Assembly: GCA_023388435.1 (NCBI GenBank)
Contig: JAEWGG010000033.1
Location: 29,623 to 93,622 of the forward strand
Direction: 5' to 3'
Length of the DNA: 64,000 nt
Source: Bacillota bacterium
GTDB lineage: Bacteria > Bacillota > Clostridia > Saccharofermentanales > Fastidiosipilaceae
The notes under the pieces are model-generated. The model worked only from the letters and a program-made list of their open reading frames with translations, did no database searches and was not told the origin of the DNA. The translations under genes were made by a program, and so were the position numbers. Positions within the stretch are counted from its first letter, which is position 1. Each line of letters begins with the position of its first letter. Shown here in pieces: positions 63,112 to 64,000 of the stretch.

Positions 63112-64000
63112 ATGAACAGAGTGCACAGGTTGTATGAGCTGTGGTCCCAGGATCCCTATTTCGATGAGGAGACGCGTAAGGAGCTGCGCGAGCTGGAGGG
63201 CCAGGAGGCGGAGATTGAAGAGCGCTTTTACCGCAGCCTTTCCTTCGGAACTGCGGGTCTGCGCGGCATCCTGGGTGCAGGGACCAACCGCATGAACACG
63301 TATACAGTGGCCCAGGCTACAGAGGGCTTCGCCCGCTATATCGAGAGCCTGGGGGCGGAGGCCTGCCAGCGGGGCATGGTCATCTCTTACGACTGCCGCA
63401 TCTGTTCTCCGGAATTTGCCCTGACCACGGCCCTGGTCTTCGCAAGTCACGGCATCCACGTCCGCCTGGTGGATGAGCTGCGCCCGACTCCCATGCTGTC
63501 CTTCGCCGTGCGCCACTATAACTGTGTGGGCGGTGTCATGGTGACGGCCAGCCACAATCCTCCTCAATACAATGGCTACAAGGCCTATGGGGAGGACGGC
63601 GGTCAGCTGGCCCCTGAGGCTGCTGACCAGGTCACGGCCCTGCGCGACGCCATCTCGGATATCCGCGAGGTCCACTGGATCAGCGAGGCTGAGGCCCTGG
63701 ATAAAGGGCTGCTGGAATATGTCGGCGAGGACCTGGATACGGCCTATATGGCGACGCTGAAGCCTCTGGTCATCAACTGGGAGGCCATCCGCAGTCAGGC
63801 TGATATGAAAATTGTGTACACCCCCCTTCACGGCGCGGGCAATAAGCCCGTGCGTCGTATTCTGCAGGAGGTGGGCTTCCGTCAGGTCCTGGTGGTGCCT
63901 GAGCAGGAGCGGCCAGACGGGCGCTTCCCCACCGTCAAGAGCCCCAATCCAGAGGTGCGTTCCGCCCTGGAAATGGGCATCGCTCTGGCGGAGCGGGAGG
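63112..64000 (+). CDS. phosphoglucomutase / phosphohexomutase (alpha-D-phosphohexomutase family), 3'-truncated by the window edge
   Basis: Not in the ORF track because it runs off the window. Translation MNRVHRLYELWSQDPYFDEETRKELRELEG...FGTAGLRG... contains the active-site loop TASHNPPQYNGYK. GGGAGG SD. TGcTATAAT extended -10 at 63071-63079. Confidence 0.85.
   Translation, partial: MNRVHRLYELWSQDPYFDEETRKELRELEGQEAEIEERFYRSLSFGTAGLRGILGAGTNRMNTYTVAQATEGFARYIESLGAEACQRGMVISYDCRICSPEFALTTALVFASHGIHVRLVDELRPTPMLSFAVRHYNCVGGVMVTASHNPPQYNGYKAYGEDGGQLAPEAADQVTALRDAISDIREVHWISEAEALDKGLLEYVGEDLDTAYMATLKPLVINWEAIRSQADMKIVYTPLHGAGNKPVRRILQEVGFRQVLVVPEQERPDGRFPTVKSPNPEVRSALEMGIALAERE

Noticed and set aside
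62085-63831. Minus-strand ORFs 62085-63113 (342 aa) and 63073-63831 (252 aa)
   Set aside because: They are antisense to the SDR gene (TASTRGIG, YxxxK) and to the phosphoglucomutase gene (TASHNPPQYNGYK), whose plus-strand readings are clearly real.

Overview
GC-rich window (by eye roughly 60% GC, not computed). Almost all genes are on the + strand, with GGAGG-type Shine-Dalgarno sites and frequent start/stop overlaps. The content is mostly a housekeeping backbone typical of a high-GC Firmicute. Clostridia/Oscillospirales-like is an inference from ylxM-ffh-rpsP-KH-rimM-trmD, rpsF-ssb-rpsR, rplI-dnaB, tilS-hpt-ftsH and yggS-sepF synteny. Also present are mtaB, a polar amino-acid ABC transporter, malic enzyme, mscL, uvrA, a ClpC-like unfoldase, pgi, rsmA, aroK-ppx-ppk, one tRNA-Arg(ACG) and a tmRNA on the minus strand. 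Two host-glycan modules sit in this backbone. One is a ~1960-aa LPXTG-anchored GH101-like endo-alpha-GalNAcase. The other is a GH123-like / secreted GH16-2xCBM32 / GH31-like trio. Two decayed genes are also present: an alpha/beta hydrolase and a TRAP DctM remnant. I found no rRNA, CRISPR array, transposase, integrase or recognisable defence system, and no convincing new multi-gene system. The best leads are single-locus oddities:
- an apparently circularly permuted solute-binding protein;
- a ClpC-like ATPase whose N-domain is replaced by a C4 zinc ribbon, behind a CtsR-like operator;
- a DnaB with an SSB-tail-like C-terminus;
- a structured SD-sequestering leader upstream of a CNNM/CorC gene;
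- a possibly leaderless uvrA;
- a divergent DUF4364 / mini P-loop pair.
Many long antisense ORFs in the track are GC-driven shadow ORFs. All family calls come from motif recognition by eye and need HMM or BLAST confirmation.
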